Shown here: piece after piece, positions 29,050 to 40,200 of the stretch
Position numbering within the stretch: position 1 is the first letter of the stretch
How the letters are laid out: each line of letters begins with the position of its first letter
Source: a virus
Strand: one strand, 5' to 3'
Virus record (IMG/VR): IMGVR_UViG_3300009506_000025
Location: 8,808-72,807 of that record
Length of the DNA stretch: 64,000 nt
The notes under the pieces: model-generated
Database searches by the model: none
What the model was told of the DNA's origin: nothing
The model's input: only the letters and a program-made list of their open reading frames with translations
Translations under genes and position numbers: made by a program

Positions 29050-29585
29050 TGCCGACCTACCGATACCGATGCACCGGATGTGGGCACCTCGTCGAGGCGT
29101 TCCAGTCCGTCGAGGAGATGCGGCGGCGCCGGGACTCGATGCGATGCGTCCGTTGCGAGTCAAAGATGCAGTGGCTATTCCCCTGCCCCAACCTGAGCAC
29201 CGAGACTAGCTTCATGGCCAACCGCAGCGACTTGGGCTTTGGGTTGGACGAGAAGACCCGCAGGCAGCGGGTGGCCAAGGCCAAGCGGGAGGGGATCGAT
29301 ATCGGCGGGAAGTTCTGGGCCCCGGAGCTGAATGCCTGGGTGGGATCGAAGGCGGAGGTCAAGGCCCTGGCCGCCGCCAAGGGACGCGGGGTGAACGGCC
29401 TGGTCCACGCCCCCGCCCCCGACCTCCCCCCGCCGGAGAAGAGACGCTACGAGGTCGCCGAAGACATCGTCCAGGATCGGGTCGCGGAGGTAGTGGAGGC
29501 CCACGGCGGAGACGTGACACCCAAGGAGGTCGCCCAGATCACCGAGGGGGTCCGGGAGAAGGCCCGAGGAAAGCAGTTTGACTAG
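29049..29585 (+). CDS. FmdB-type zinc-ribbon protein
   Basis: MPTYRYRCTGCGH...CVRC. Confidence 0.8.
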   Translation: MPTYRYRCTGCGHLVEAFQSVEEMRRRRDSMRCVRCESKMQWLFPCPNLSTETSFMANRSDLGFGLDEKTRRQRVAKAKREGIDIGGKFWAPELNAWVGSKAEVKALAAAKGRGVNGLVHAPAPDLPPPEKRRYEVAEDIVQDRVAEVVEAHGGDVTPKEVAQITEGVREKARGKQFD

Positions 29586-29593
29586 GAGCGGTC

Positions 29594-30775
29594 ATGGCAC
29601 TTCCCGAAGCCTACACCTACGGTGACGCGATCGACGCGCTGACGGACCTGGCGACGCCCTACGGACGCTCCGCGCCCCAGCCCACGATCCGCCGGGCGAT
29701 CCGCATGGCCCGGGACGAGATCGCCGCCAGCTTCGGTTGGTCCTTTCTCCAGGAGAACGGTCGCGTCCTGCTACGGGCAGCCCAGACCGATGGGACAGTG
29801 GCCTACGACCACACCGGAGGTGCCACCTGCGAGAGGCAGGTTACGCTCACCCACGCTACCGCCACCTGGCCGACCTGGGCGATCAGCGCGGCGATCAGGA
29901 TCGGAACGACCGTCTGCGACGTCCAGGAGGTCAAGACGGATACAGTCCTCCAGCTCGATTCCGTGATGAACCCGGGGCAGGACATTGCAGCGGGCACGAC
30001 CTACAGTCTCTACCCCAGGTGGTATCGCCTGCCCGCCGACTTCGCCGGGATGGTCCGCACCTACGAGGAGACGGCCTGGCGACTGGGCCGAGAGATCCCC
30101 TTTGAGGAGATGATCGCCCGGCAGAAATACCTCACGTCATCGGGTGACATCAACCTCTACGCGATCGGACCAACGCAGGACGAGATCGGGACGCAGGCGA
30201 TCTACGTGGCCCCCCCCAGCGACACCACCGAGCCCATCGACTTCCTCTACCGACGGCGGCTGCGGGACCTGCGGTACACGGGGCACGACGCTCCGAACTT
30301 TGCGGGCACGGTAGCGGTGACGGCGGACTCCTACACGGTCACGGGAAGCGGTACTTCCTTCCAGACCGGGATGGTGAACTCGATCTTCCGGGTCTCCAGC
30401 AGCACGACGATCCCGACCGGACTGGAGGGGCTCAATCCCTGGGTGGAGCAGCGGGTGATCCGATCGGTGGAGTCCACGACCTCGCTCACCCTGGACAATG
30501 TGATCGCCACCAGCCGTAGCGGAGTGAAGTACGTTGTCTCCGATCCGATCGATGTCGCCCCGGGCGCCTGGAACGCATTCGTAGCCTGCGCCGCGAAGAA
30601 CTACGCGATCGCCGTCAACCTGAAAGAGAAGGGCGAGTTGATCGCCCTCTGGAAAGAGGCCCTGCGAGTAGCCAGGCAGGCGGATTGCCGGACCCTGGGG
30701 CCCAGCGTGATGCACATTGGCCCGGTGATCGCCGGCAGGATGGCCGACTCACAGGACCGGGAGGTGGTGGAGTAA
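29594..30775 (+). CDS. Putative head-tail adaptor with inserted beta domains
   Basis: Helical N-terminus with WSFL, YRLPADF, IYVAPP; inserts such as GTVAVTADSYTVTGSGTSF. Confidence 0.6.
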   Translation: MALPEAYTYGDAIDALTDLATPYGRSAPQPTIRRAIRMARDEIAASFGWSFLQENGRVLLRAAQTDGTVAYDHTGGATCERQVTLTHATATWPTWAISAAIRIGTTVCDVQEVKTDTVLQLDSVMNPGQDIAAGTTYSLYPRWYRLPADFAGMVRTYEETAWRLGREIPFEEMIARQKYLTSSGDINLYAIGPTQDEIGTQAIYVAPPSDTTEPIDFLYRRRLRDLRYTGHDAPNFAGTVAVTADSYTVTGSGTSFQTGMVNSIFRVSSSTTIPTGLEGLNPWVEQRVIRSVESTTSLTLDNVIATSRSGVKYVVSDPIDVAPGAWNAFVACAAKNYAIAVNLKEKGELIALWKEALRVARQADCRTLGPSVMHIGPVIAGRMADSQDREVVE

Positions 30776-31167
30776 TGGCAACCTACAGCGCCGACAGCGA
30801 CATCGTGGCCGTCTTCGGGAACGAGAGCGTCGACAAGTGGGCGGACCTCGACGGGGACGCCGACGCTGCCAAGATGACGGCCCGCAAACTGCTGGCGCGG
30901 AGCATCGCTTACGCCCATATCAACGACCTGGCACGGGAGACTCACTACACGATACCCCTGGCCGATGCCTCGGGGGCGGTCCCGGACACGGTGACCAACT
31001 GGGAGGCAACCCTGGCGGGGATCTGGTTGTACGAGGCCAGCGGCACTATCGACTTCGACCCCCGCAGCGGGGCCCCCGGGCACCGTTTCACCTATCTGGA
31101 ATCGTCGATCAGACACACCCTGGAAGAGTTCCGCACGGGGCGACGGAAGATCGACGCGATGAGCTAA
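30775..31167 (+). CDS. Mu gp36/DUF1320-like neck protein
   Basis: MATYSADSDIVAVFG...INDL..THYTIPL....LAGIWLY. Confidence 0.65.
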   Translation: MATYSADSDIVAVFGNESVDKWADLDGDADAAKMTARKLLARSIAYAHINDLARETHYTIPLADASGAVPDTVTNWEATLAGIWLYEASGTIDFDPRSGAPGHRFTYLESSIRHTLEEFRTGRRKIDAMS

Positions 31168-31185
31168 TCTCTCAAGGAGACAAGC

Positions 31186-31689
31186 ATGTCCGAAGTGACG
31201 AGAATCAACGGGGACCTCGTGGTGATCGGGGCCTTCCTTGGGGCCACCGAGATCGCCTACCCGACAGGTTCGATCACCAATGCTGCCATCTCGGCGTCGG
31301 CGGCGATCGCGGCGTCCAAATCACAGCGATCGTTCCCGGCTACCGCTCAACAGAGTGGGACCGTGGCGGACGAGACGATCATCATCCACATCGTCCAGGG
31401 CAGCACGGGGATACTCAAGAGCTTCACCTGCTCCCAGGTCACCGCGCCCACCGGAGTCTCCACCTTCACGGTGGATCTCCAGAAGAACGGGGTCACGATG
31501 CTCTCCGCCCCAGTCACCGTAAACGCAGCCACCGGGGCGCTGGGCGAGGCTACGGGGACACTGACCGTGACGGCCCTGGCGGATGGCGACGTGTTGACCG
31601 TGGTGATCGACGCCACGGCAAGTGGGACCGACACTCCGGCCACCGGCGCCTTTGCCATGGCGATGATCGACGAAGACTACGCCTCGTAG
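31186..31689 (+). CDS. Putative virion structural protein
   Basis: GSITNAAISASAAI; TVDLQKNG; LADGDVLTVVID. Confidence 0.6.
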   Translation: MSEVTRINGDLVVIGAFLGATEIAYPTGSITNAAISASAAIAASKSQRSFPATAQQSGTVADETIIIHIVQGSTGILKSFTCSQVTAPTGVSTFTVDLQKNGVTMLSAPVTVNAATGALGEATGTLTVTALADGDVLTVVIDATASGTDTPATGAFAMAMIDEDYAS

Positions 31690-31699
31690 GTCGAGATGA

Positions 31700-32212
31700 A
31701 TGGCGACCACCAACCCAATCCGACTGGTCCACGAGAAGATCTGGGCGATGCTCCGCGCCAATTCGGATCTGTTGGGTGCTACCGGGCTGGTGACTGCGCC
31801 GAATCAGGTCGACTACACGGTCAGCACCCGCGTTCCTCCCCGCGATGTGGTGACTGAGGGAAAGACGCCTGAGATGGAGGTCGTCGCCTCCTCGATGCGA
31901 CCCCATCTCCAGGAGACCAGCAGCGGGTCCTCCCTGGTAGTCCGCTGGGAGATCCGGGTCACCAGCGGCAGCGAGCTGTTTGCCAACCTGATGGACATCG
32001 AATGGGAGACCTACCGGGCCATGGAGGATTGGGAGACACACTTCTCGGTCCTGACCTGGGCGGAGAAACGATTCGTGACCCTCTGCCGCCCCCTGGCTAG
32101 CCGGGATACCCTGGGGACCCCTATGAGCCGGGGCATCCGGGGTTGGGTATGCGTCTGGGCCTGCGAGACCCAGCTTGACTTCACCACCAGCGACATTGCG
32201 GTAGGGGCCTGA
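31700..32212 (+). CDS. Putative tail terminator/completion protein
   Basis: Size, alpha/beta pattern and position before the tail tube. Confidence 0.45.
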   Translation: MATTNPIRLVHEKIWAMLRANSDLLGATGLVTAPNQVDYTVSTRVPPRDVVTEGKTPEMEVVASSMRPHLQETSSGSSLVVRWEIRVTSGSELFANLMDIEWETYRAMEDWETHFSVLTWAEKRFVTLCRPLASRDTLGTPMSRGIRGWVCVWACETQLDFTTSDIAVGA

Positions 32213-33069
32213 TGGGAATCGTCTCTGGAATCGGCGCGGTGATCCACCTCGACGGCAGTGCAGAGAGCACCGTCCGCCGCTGGGAGATCGCCTATCGCGG
32301 CCTGGTCGATGCCGAGGTGGCAACCAACACCCAGGGCGGGACGCACCGCATCCCGGGGAACACGGATTGGAGGGGATATTACCTGGGATACGGACACACT
32401 CCCAGCGTCTTCCCGGGCGACAGCTTCGCGTTCAAGGGGACCACGGACGGGACCAAGGGCTGTTATGGGACGGCGATCTGTGACTCGATCCTGATCCGCT
32501 GCCCTATTCGGCAGGGGACCAAGATCGAATACCGCGTGGACTTCAGCGCCGATGGATCACTGAAGCTCGCCGCCGACGTGGGCTCCACCCCCTTGGTGGA
32601 CGACACCTCGGTCGCGGCCTTTCAATCGATCGGCAGAAAGGTAGCTCTCGGGGGGACGTCGCAGACCGTCGACGGAACCGACGTGCCCCAGTTGCACTTC
32701 TGGGATTTCCTGGTGGCCTCGCGGAACAGGCCCTACGTCCACACCAACACGGCGGGGAGCGTGCAGCGCAATCCGGGTAACCTCGACGCCAGGTTCAGGT
32801 ACGGGGTCTACGTAGACAACCCCGCCGATACGACCCAGTTGCCCACGCTCCAGGACGAGGGGATGCTGAAGTTCTACGTTACCTCCACGACCTTCTGGGA
32901 GTTGCGGTGGGGATTGATTGAGGAGATCGCGCAGTTCGGCGCCAACGTGGAGAGCGCCGAGAACGTGATTGCCGTAGTCAGCGGTGGGCTTACTACCACC
33001 AGCGGCGACGTGAAGGGATCGATCTACAACCCGGCGGGCGAACTGAAGTGGGGAACCGCAGCGGCATAG
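32212..33069 (+). CDS. Putative tail tube protein with an internally duplicated domain
   Basis: RWEI..TNTQGGTHRIPGNTDW and FWDF..TNTAGSVQRNPGNLDA are two homologous halves. Confidence 0.6.
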   Translation: MGIVSGIGAVIHLDGSAESTVRRWEIAYRGLVDAEVATNTQGGTHRIPGNTDWRGYYLGYGHTPSVFPGDSFAFKGTTDGTKGCYGTAICDSILIRCPIRQGTKIEYRVDFSADGSLKLAADVGSTPLVDDTSVAAFQSIGRKVALGGTSQTVDGTDVPQLHFWDFLVASRNRPYVHTNTAGSVQRNPGNLDARFRYGVYVDNPADTTQLPTLQDEGMLKFYVTSTTFWELRWGLIEEIAQFGANVESAENVIAVVSGGLTTTSGDVKGSIYNPAGELKWGTAAA

Positions 33070-33074
33070 GATGA

Positions 33075-33428
33075 ATGATGGCAGAGTGGTTTGACGACCT
33101 CTGGAGTAAGGCGGGAGACCTCTGGGATCAGGCGGGTCGGGAGATCGACCAGACCCGCGAGGAGCAGGAGGCAATCGCCAAGAGCAGGCGGCTCTCCCGC
33201 AGGCGAGGAGACTCCCAGGACATCTCGGACTGGGTGATCGGATCGCTGGATGGACTACGTGGGGCGGCTGAACCCGCGGCGGGTGGAGGCGGAGGCGCCG
33301 GGCTGGGGAGCACCGACCAGCAGATGATCCAGCTGTTGACTGAGATCCGTGACACTCTGAAGGAGAGCCAAGAGACCTTGAAGGCTATCCAAGAGAAGAA
33401 CAACTCGGTAGGAGTCTACGGCCCGTGA
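33075..33428 (+). CDS. Small helical protein at the tape-measure position
   Basis: 117 aa; helical with a Gly linker and C-terminal QLLTEIRDTLK..LKAIQ. Confidence 0.5.
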   Translation: MMAEWFDDLWSKAGDLWDQAGREIDQTREEQEAIAKSRRLSRRRGDSQDISDWVIGSLDGLRGAAEPAAGGGGGAGLGSTDQQMIQLLTEIRDTLKESQETLKAIQEKNNSVGVYGP

Positions 33429-34264
33429 CGTATCTCACACCGACCAGTCCCTTGAACCCCGTTCCCGAGTGCCCCGTGGACTACTACGAGGTCAACGGGT
33501 TTCCCCAGTCGAACTGGCAGAACGGGAAGTTCGAGGCGGTACGCCGGGTCCGCACTGCCTGGGCGGATCGAACCAACTTCATCTTGTGGATCGACACCTA
33601 CCCTAACAACATGTACCCCTACGACGAAGGGCCCCCGGACGCCTGGGTCTCTTCGATCTCCACGGTGCCGGTCGCCAGGCAAGGCAAGGAGAATTACAAC
33701 CCTCGAAGCGGCAGCCCCGGCGATCCCAGAACGTACATCATTGAGCGGGCTACCTATCTCGAAGCGGAAATCACCATCCGCTACAACACCGAGACCATCG
33801 GATACCTGGGCGGGATCAAGGTAGCCGAGTGGATCAGGCCGGACACGGAGATGTATAAGCGGGACTACTCGATCTTCCAATGGTCGGGAGGCACGCTTCT
33901 GAGGGAGGGCGAGAGCCCGACGCACACGCTCTACACGTTCCAGTACGTGGTGAAGTATCTGAACATCATGGCCTTCCCGGATTGGGTGCAGTCCAACATC
34001 GGAACCTGCAACACAAACACCTTCTGGACCTACGGACTCTGGAGCAGCTTCCCCCCGCAGACCTTGCTCTATCAGCCGCCCACGATCGAGGCCACGCTGA
34101 CCACAGGAAACGTGCGGACCTACAACCTCACCTGCTACTACCGATACCGGCCCTGGAGTTGGAACTATCACTGGCGGCAGGACACGCAGGCTTGGGAGCC
34201 GGTCTACCTGCTCGACGGCACGCAATATATTCAGTACCCCCTGGCTACCTATCTCCATCCATGA
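33425..34264 (+). CDS. Putative distal tail/baseplate protein
   Basis: Tyr/Trp/Thr-rich beta protein in the tail operon. Confidence 0.5.
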   Translation: MTYLTPTSPLNPVPECPVDYYEVNGFPQSNWQNGKFEAVRRVRTAWADRTNFILWIDTYPNNMYPYDEGPPDAWVSSISTVPVARQGKENYNPRSGSPGDPRTYIIERATYLEAEITIRYNTETIGYLGGIKVAEWIRPDTEMYKRDYSIFQWSGGTLLREGESPTHTLYTFQYVVKYLNIMAFPDWVQSNIGTCNTNTFWTYGLWSSFPPQTLLYQPPTIEATLTTGNVRTYNLTCYYRYRPWSWNYHWRQDTQAWEPVYLLDGTQYIQYPLATYLHP

Positions 34265-35211
34265 GCAACACCGACCATATCCGCCGAGTCGTCCAGGGCG
34301 ATGAGCTTTCCGCCGAGCGGGACGCCCAGATCCTGGAGGCGATCGACCGCAAGTGGAGCGGCGCAGGATCGGTCACCGACTTCAAGGGCACGGCACTCAG
34401 CTCCCCGTTCAAGAGGAGGATCTGCCGGTTCGAGATGGTCGACGAGCTGCTTCTTCCCCAGAATGGCTCCGGCACCGCGGACGCCTACTTCCTCTCTTGG
34501 GCCGAGGGGGCGCTGGGCAACCTCACGGGGATCGAGGACAAGACGATCAAAGTCGTCGACACCATGCGCTGCCACAGCAAGATGGAAAATCCTGCACACC
34601 CAGACACAGGCGCGATGGATGTGGGTGCCTATGGTCTGGCTTGGATTCCCGACGATCCGCTGGTCCACAGCCCGTACAATGCCCACTGGGAGATCCTCTG
34701 GATGCAGACCCCGGGCGATTTCATCGGGATCATTCTCTCCGGAGAGAGCCTGACGCACTACAACTCCTCGCCGCCCTCCGACGGGGATAGCTGTTGGGTG
34801 GCCGTCTTCGACCCCTGGCCCTTTCCATCGATCGGGCACAGGACCTTCGGTGGATTCGATCCGTTTGGTATCAACTGGACGGCCAACTACGGGAGCGGAG
34901 ACATACCCTACTGCCAGGTTTACAACCTACCCCGAGAGTGGACGGAATCCGTCGAGCCCCCCACGGTGCCTCAATACTACTGGTTCGAGGCCAACGAGGA
35001 CCAGTTCGTCTACTGCCGCTGGCTGATGAGGGAGAGCAAATACTACGTGATCGGGGTGCCGAACAATCTCAGCGTGATGGGGGATGATCCCTCCCTTGCC
35101 CCTGGCCCCACGGTGCATACCTACCCCCAAACGATGCACCTGACGTTCGACATCGCAGATTTCAACGTGGTCGATGACGGAGACGGTCACCTCACCGTGT
35201 CCCTGAAGTAA
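34261..35211 (+). CDS. Putative tail tip protein
   Basis: ATGA-coupled to the previous gene; beta-rich. Confidence 0.5.
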   Translation: MSNTDHIRRVVQGDELSAERDAQILEAIDRKWSGAGSVTDFKGTALSSPFKRRICRFEMVDELLLPQNGSGTADAYFLSWAEGALGNLTGIEDKTIKVVDTMRCHSKMENPAHPDTGAMDVGAYGLAWIPDDPLVHSPYNAHWEILWMQTPGDFIGIILSGESLTHYNSSPPSDGDSCWVAVFDPWPFPSIGHRTFGGFDPFGINWTANYGSGDIPYCQVYNLPREWTESVEPPTVPQYYWFEANEDQFVYCRWLMRESKYYVIGVPNNLSVMGDDPSLAPGPTVHTYPQTMHLTFDIADFNVVDDGDGHLTVSLK

Positions 35212-35220
35212 AAGGAGAGT

Positions 35221-37116
35221 GTGATGCCCAGCAACTTTAAGGCGGGTCTCAACCAGGCGTTCCCCGGACTGGGAGGGACCGTCCCAAAGAAGAAGAAGCG
35301 GCCGATCACCGCAGCCCAGAAGGCATATGTCACGCCGGCAGCACTCGAAGAGGCACGCCTCGGGATCGCCCAGTGGATGGGGATGAAGCCGACCACCAAG
35401 GCAGCGTACCCGCTCACACAGGCCCCGGCCCCCGTGCCAGCGCCTACCTCCCCCTACAACATCACCCCGGAGATGATCGCAGCCTGGACGGGACCAGTGG
35501 CGGGCCCCGCTGCGGCCTCTGTGCTCCCGGGAGTAAGGGCCCGCTCCCGCGCCGGGCAGCCTCTCGCCCTTCCTTCTTCGGCAGCCACGTACACTCCGAC
35601 GAGCGACCTTCGGGCAGCCATGGCTGGATGGCAGGGAACCCCGCCCGCAGTACCTGCCGTCGCCGCCGGGATGACCTCCGGCCAGGCCGCACAGCTCGCC
35701 AGCCTCCGGCAGCTTAGCACGGATCTGCGATCGATCGGCGCCAACATGGCGGCTCGACGGACCAGCCCCCTCGGTCCCGTCGCCTCCGTCACCAGGCCCC
35801 TAGCTCAGCAGGCTGCGCCCTCGGTGGCCTCGATGATCGAGAACCCCGTTTCCTACCAGCGGCACCTCGCGGCGGGGACGTACTCCCGGCCGACCCCGGG
35901 GCTGGAGAGGCTCACCGCGCAGGCTGCACCGACCCCACAACAGGAGTTGGCCGCGGCGATCTCCGCAGCGTCGCCTGGACTTGCCGAGCAGCAGGCCGTC
36001 CAGTCTACGCTTGAGCCCGGGAAAAGCCTGGGTTACGCCGCACCTGCGGCAGACGCCGCCAACATCCAGGAGTACGCCGCAGCGATGAGGAACTGGCGGG
36101 ACACGATCGCAGCGGGAGGCACCGCTCCCTATCCGGGATCGTTCAGGACAGTCTGGGACCAGGGTCCACGCTACGATGCCGGGACCGCGTCCCTGGTTTC
36201 CGGGGGACGCCCGGGGGCCGAAGCAGCCCTAGCTGCGGAAGCCAAGGCGAAGGAACGTCGCGAGTCCCGGCGTGCGGAGTTCGCAGGGATGTACGTCGCC
36301 AAAGACATCCGGCAACGGGTAGCCACCGCACAACGCCAGGGACGCAACATCACCCCGGCCATGGCGATGATCGAAAAGAAGATTGAGAACGACAAACCAC
36401 TATCGCCGGCCGAGATGCTGGCTTACTTCGGAGCCCTCGGTCAGCAGCAAGTCGCTACGGAAACCGCCGCAAAGACAGCCGAGGCGGAACAGAAAGCTGC
36501 CGCTAAGGCCCAGTCAGACGCCGCGATTGCTACGATCCTCTCGGGACCGTTGGCCGGGAGCCTTCCCCGGCAGGTCGTTGGACAGCTAATAGCCTCGATC
36601 CAGGGCGCTGCCGCCGGAGCAGCCTCCGGATTGGCAGGCGCGATCGGTGAGGGCGTTAAGCTCACCTCGCTAGAGCTTGACGATCTTGCTGGTAAGAGCA
36701 ACACGAAGGAGGACTTCATCAGCCAAGGATTAGCACTCGGCGGAGACGAGAAGCAGCTAACACAGGAGGCCAATAGGCGGTTCAAGCCTGGAGCCATACA
36801 GAAGTTTCAAAATCTGGTGGCGAATGCCTACCCACAATACGAGAAATACCAGGCTGGAGCCGGGCCCGGGACGGTTCTCCCCAGCGAAGCTCTCGACTGG
36901 CTGACGATCGTTCCGAGGCTGGTTCGCGGCGATCCCACGATCCCCAAGATGAACATCCCCTCGAAGATTCTGAGCCAGGTCCAGAAGATGGCCCGCAGTG
37001 GTGATCAGGACGCCAAGCGAATCCTGAATCAAATTGCGCTGACGCAAAAGCGAGTTGCGCAACACCGCAATATCTGGCAGCGACTTCCTGGGGTCCTAAG
37101 TGCGCTCAACCCATGA
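35221..37116 (+). CDS. Ala/Pro-rich putative internal virion (ejection) protein
   Basis: AAGGAG RBS; 631-aa low-complexity helical protein preceding the large ejection-type gene. Confidence 0.55.
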   Translation: MMPSNFKAGLNQAFPGLGGTVPKKKKRPITAAQKAYVTPAALEEARLGIAQWMGMKPTTKAAYPLTQAPAPVPAPTSPYNITPEMIAAWTGPVAGPAAASVLPGVRARSRAGQPLALPSSAATYTPTSDLRAAMAGWQGTPPAVPAVAAGMTSGQAAQLASLRQLSTDLRSIGANMAARRTSPLGPVASVTRPLAQQAAPSVASMIENPVSYQRHLAAGTYSRPTPGLERLTAQAAPTPQQELAAAISAASPGLAEQQAVQSTLEPGKSLGYAAPAADAANIQEYAAAMRNWRDTIAAGGTAPYPGSFRTVWDQGPRYDAGTASLVSGGRPGAEAALAAEAKAKERRESRRAEFAGMYVAKDIRQRVATAQRQGRNITPAMAMIEKKIENDKPLSPAEMLAYFGALGQQQVATETAAKTAEAEQKAAAKAQSDAAIATILSGPLAGSLPRQVVGQLIASIQGAAAGAASGLAGAIGEGVKLTSLELDDLAGKSNTKEDFISQGLALGGDEKQLTQEANRRFKPGAIQKFQNLVANAYPQYEKYQAGAGPGTVLPSEALDWLTIVPRLVRGDPTIPKMNIPSKILSQVQKMARSGDQDAKRILNQIALTQKRVAQHRNIWQRLPGVLSALNP

Positions 37117-37228
37117 ACCAAGGGCGCAAGGGGTAATCGAAGAACAGTACACCGATCACGTAGACCAGGAGCACGTAGGTCACAACGACCGCGACGGCCC
37201 CCAGGATTCCGAAAACAACGTGCCGCAT
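37106..37228 (-). CDS. 40-aa membrane protein, antisense within the virion operon
   Basis: GGAGG RBS; MRHVVFGILGAVAVVVTYVLLVYVIGVLFFDYPLRPWFMG. Confidence 0.6.
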   Translation of the reverse strand: MRHVVFGILGAVAVVVTYVLLVYVIGVLFFDYPLRPWFMG

Positions 37229-37294
37229 GGGTGTAACCTCCAAAAATTTCATGCCCAAGCACAGTGTATGCCGTAAAGGGCTTCGCTGAAACCC

Positions 37295-40200
37295 ATGGCC
37301 ACTATTCCGCGACCCAAACTGCCCAAGCTGACCCTGGGGGGGGCCAATGCGGCAATCAAGCTGCCCAAGGCTCCCAGCCAGGCGGATCTCAGCCCCGAGG
37401 AGGAACATGGGCTCCTCTCGGAGATCCTCCGTACCAGCCTGGGCGGTGTGCAGTATATCGGGGAGTCGCTAGACAAACCGGGGTCTGCGGTACGGGGCTT
37501 CCTGGCCACGGGAGACCCCTCACAGCTCATCCACGCTGTCCCCTTCTCCGAAACCCTGGGGATCGATACCGAGAAGAAGTACAGCGGGCGCGAGCTGCTC
37601 CACAAGTTGGGCCTGGCGAGCAAGAACAAGCCCGGGTTCCGGGGTGACGTCCTCGGGGACCTGGCTGGGTTTGGAACCGAGGTCGCGCTCGATCCCCTCT
37701 GGCTCCTGGCGGGGCTGCCGTTGGTCAAGGGCGCCGTTAAGGGCGGAGAGGTAGGGGTCAAAGCGATTGCCAGCGCCAAGACGCTGGGCGAGGCCCAGAA
37801 GGCGTTCAAGGCGGGCTCCGAGGCGATCAAGGCGGGGGAGCAGGTCCTCGGCCGAGTCCCCCCAACCGTCCCGGCGGCGCTCTCGAAGCAGATTCGCCAA
37901 GGGGTCCGGGGCGTTGTCGGACTGCGAATCCCCGGGACCAAGGAGCCGTTTGTTACCTTCGGCGCGGGATCGAAGTTCGTCCCCTGGGTGATCGACCACA
38001 CGGCCTACGGGCGCTACAGTCCCATCCAATGGATGCGGGGCCTGTTCTCCCGTTCCTCGGGTGCCAAGAGCGTCTATCAGTTTGGCAAGGGTGGGATCGC
38101 CAGGGCCTACGACCTGGCCTACGCCGAGAGGATGCTCCGTGATGACCTGGTCCTGGAACTCAGCTCGAAGATGGACCAGAAGGCGGCGGGGCTCTTTAAG
38201 CATCTCGCTCAGATTGCCGAGCACCACGGGGGGCTGGGCGACACGTCTGCGGTTGATGGATTCAACCGCCTCCTGGCCGAGCTTCAGAGCGGGATGCCCA
38301 AGGGAAAGCAGTTCGCCCAGTTGTTCCGGGAGTCAATGCAGATTCCCGAAAACATTCCCCTGGACCAGCTCGTCGAAGTGCTGGACGGCCAGACGCAGCA
38401 ACTCCACACCTACATCGACATGGTCCTGGACCTCCAGAACCAGGGTTACCATAGGGTTCTCGACCTTGGGGGCCATGGTGAATTGCTGGAGGATCTCTAC
38501 GTCCAGCACACCGCCCGATCCAGGTCGATGATCTCCCAGTTACGAAAGGAGGGGAAGCAGTACCGGGAACGTGCCAACTTCCAACCGGCCACCCGGAGAA
38601 AGGACATCTACCGCGACGTTCCGGGCGGCAGTACGACGATAAACGGAATCGCTCATGATGCAAGGCTCACGGGGACGAAGGGCCTCGACAAAGAGGCCAA
38701 GATAGCACTGAAGGCCACGATTCGCCAAGACCTCAAGAACCTCGGCGTGGATATGCCCAAAAACTCCACACTAGAGGATCTTCAAGGCAACCTGATGTGG
38801 CACCAGTACATCAAGCGGCAGCTTCACGATGCCTGGGACAAAAAGATCACCGATCCGCTCGGCAATGCCACCGATGATCTTGGGAACACCCGCTTCTACA
38901 AGGACGGACCCCTTCGAGGCAGTCCGATCAACCGTGAGAATGAGGTCCGGTTATGGACGGACGACGAGATGCGGGTCCCTGCTCGGGTTCCGGCTGATCA
39001 AGAGCCCTTCATGGAGCGCATTCCCCCGAAGATCGAGAGAATGGTCAAGCGGTTTTCGGGGATGGACCCCCGCGTCCGGGAGCGTGGGATTTTTGATAAG
39101 GCGATCATGGATGACGCCCTGGAGTACACCAAGGCGATTCACGAGTGGGAGTCGACCCTTCGCAGCGCACACCATCTTTTGGGCCAACCTGGAGTCGTTC
39201 GCAAGGCGGCCGAGGGGTTGGGGCCGGGAGGCAAGGACACCTGGCAGTCGCTCCGCGAAGTCTGGCAGAACACCCGCGTCCACTACCCCGGCAAGAAGAA
39301 GGGGCGCCGGGTGCTGACCGACAGGGGGCTGGAGACCTTTGTCCGGGAGAACGCAGAGCAGTTGGGGATCGGAGCCGACGTACTCGCGGACCCCAAGCGA
39401 TTCACTGAGGCGATCGACAACCTCCGCGTCGCGCCGAAGGTCGACCGGATGCTCCATTCCCTGATGCAGACCAGTCTGCCCCAGACACAGACCGAGATCG
39501 GCAAGCTGGTCGACAAGGTCAACTCGCTCTGGAAGGGCTGGCTCTTTACCCCCTGGATCGCGGCCCACACCCGAAACCTCGTTTCGGGATTGTACCAGTC
39601 CTGGTCCGACGGCCATGTGAGTCTCCCGGAACTCTTGCGGGGGTACTACGCGGCGTACAAGTTCCTGAAGAAGGGCGGGAAGCTGGAAAGCCTGGCCCTC
39701 CTGCAACGGGAGGGGATACTTACCAAGGTCGGCTACCTCGGCGACGTGCTCACCCCCGAGGCACTCAAGGAATTCGGCCTGCCCGAGGGCGGGGTGAAGT
39801 GGGTTGCGGAGCGATACCTCCACCCGATCAAGGCAATCAGGGAGGGGGGGAAGACCAAGTACGGCCCCCTGAATATCCCCACGGCGCTCGATCCCTTCGC
39901 TCAACGCGGCTGGAGAAAGGCCACCCCGGAGGCCAGGGCGCTGGGGCTGGGTGTACCCACCAATATCCCGATGGAGACCGGCGAGCGGGCCTACAAGCTG
40001 GTCGAGTTTCTCAACCGGGCAGGTTACGCCGAGGCACTGCTGAAGAAGGGCTACACCCCCAGCGAGATCAAACACCTCGTCACCCGGGCGCAGTTCGACT
40101 ACTCCGCCATGAGCCACTTCGAGCGGAGCTACCTCTCCCGTGCAGTGCTGTTCTACCAGTGGCCCAGGAACAACCTGCCCTTCACGCTCTCGAAGCTGAT

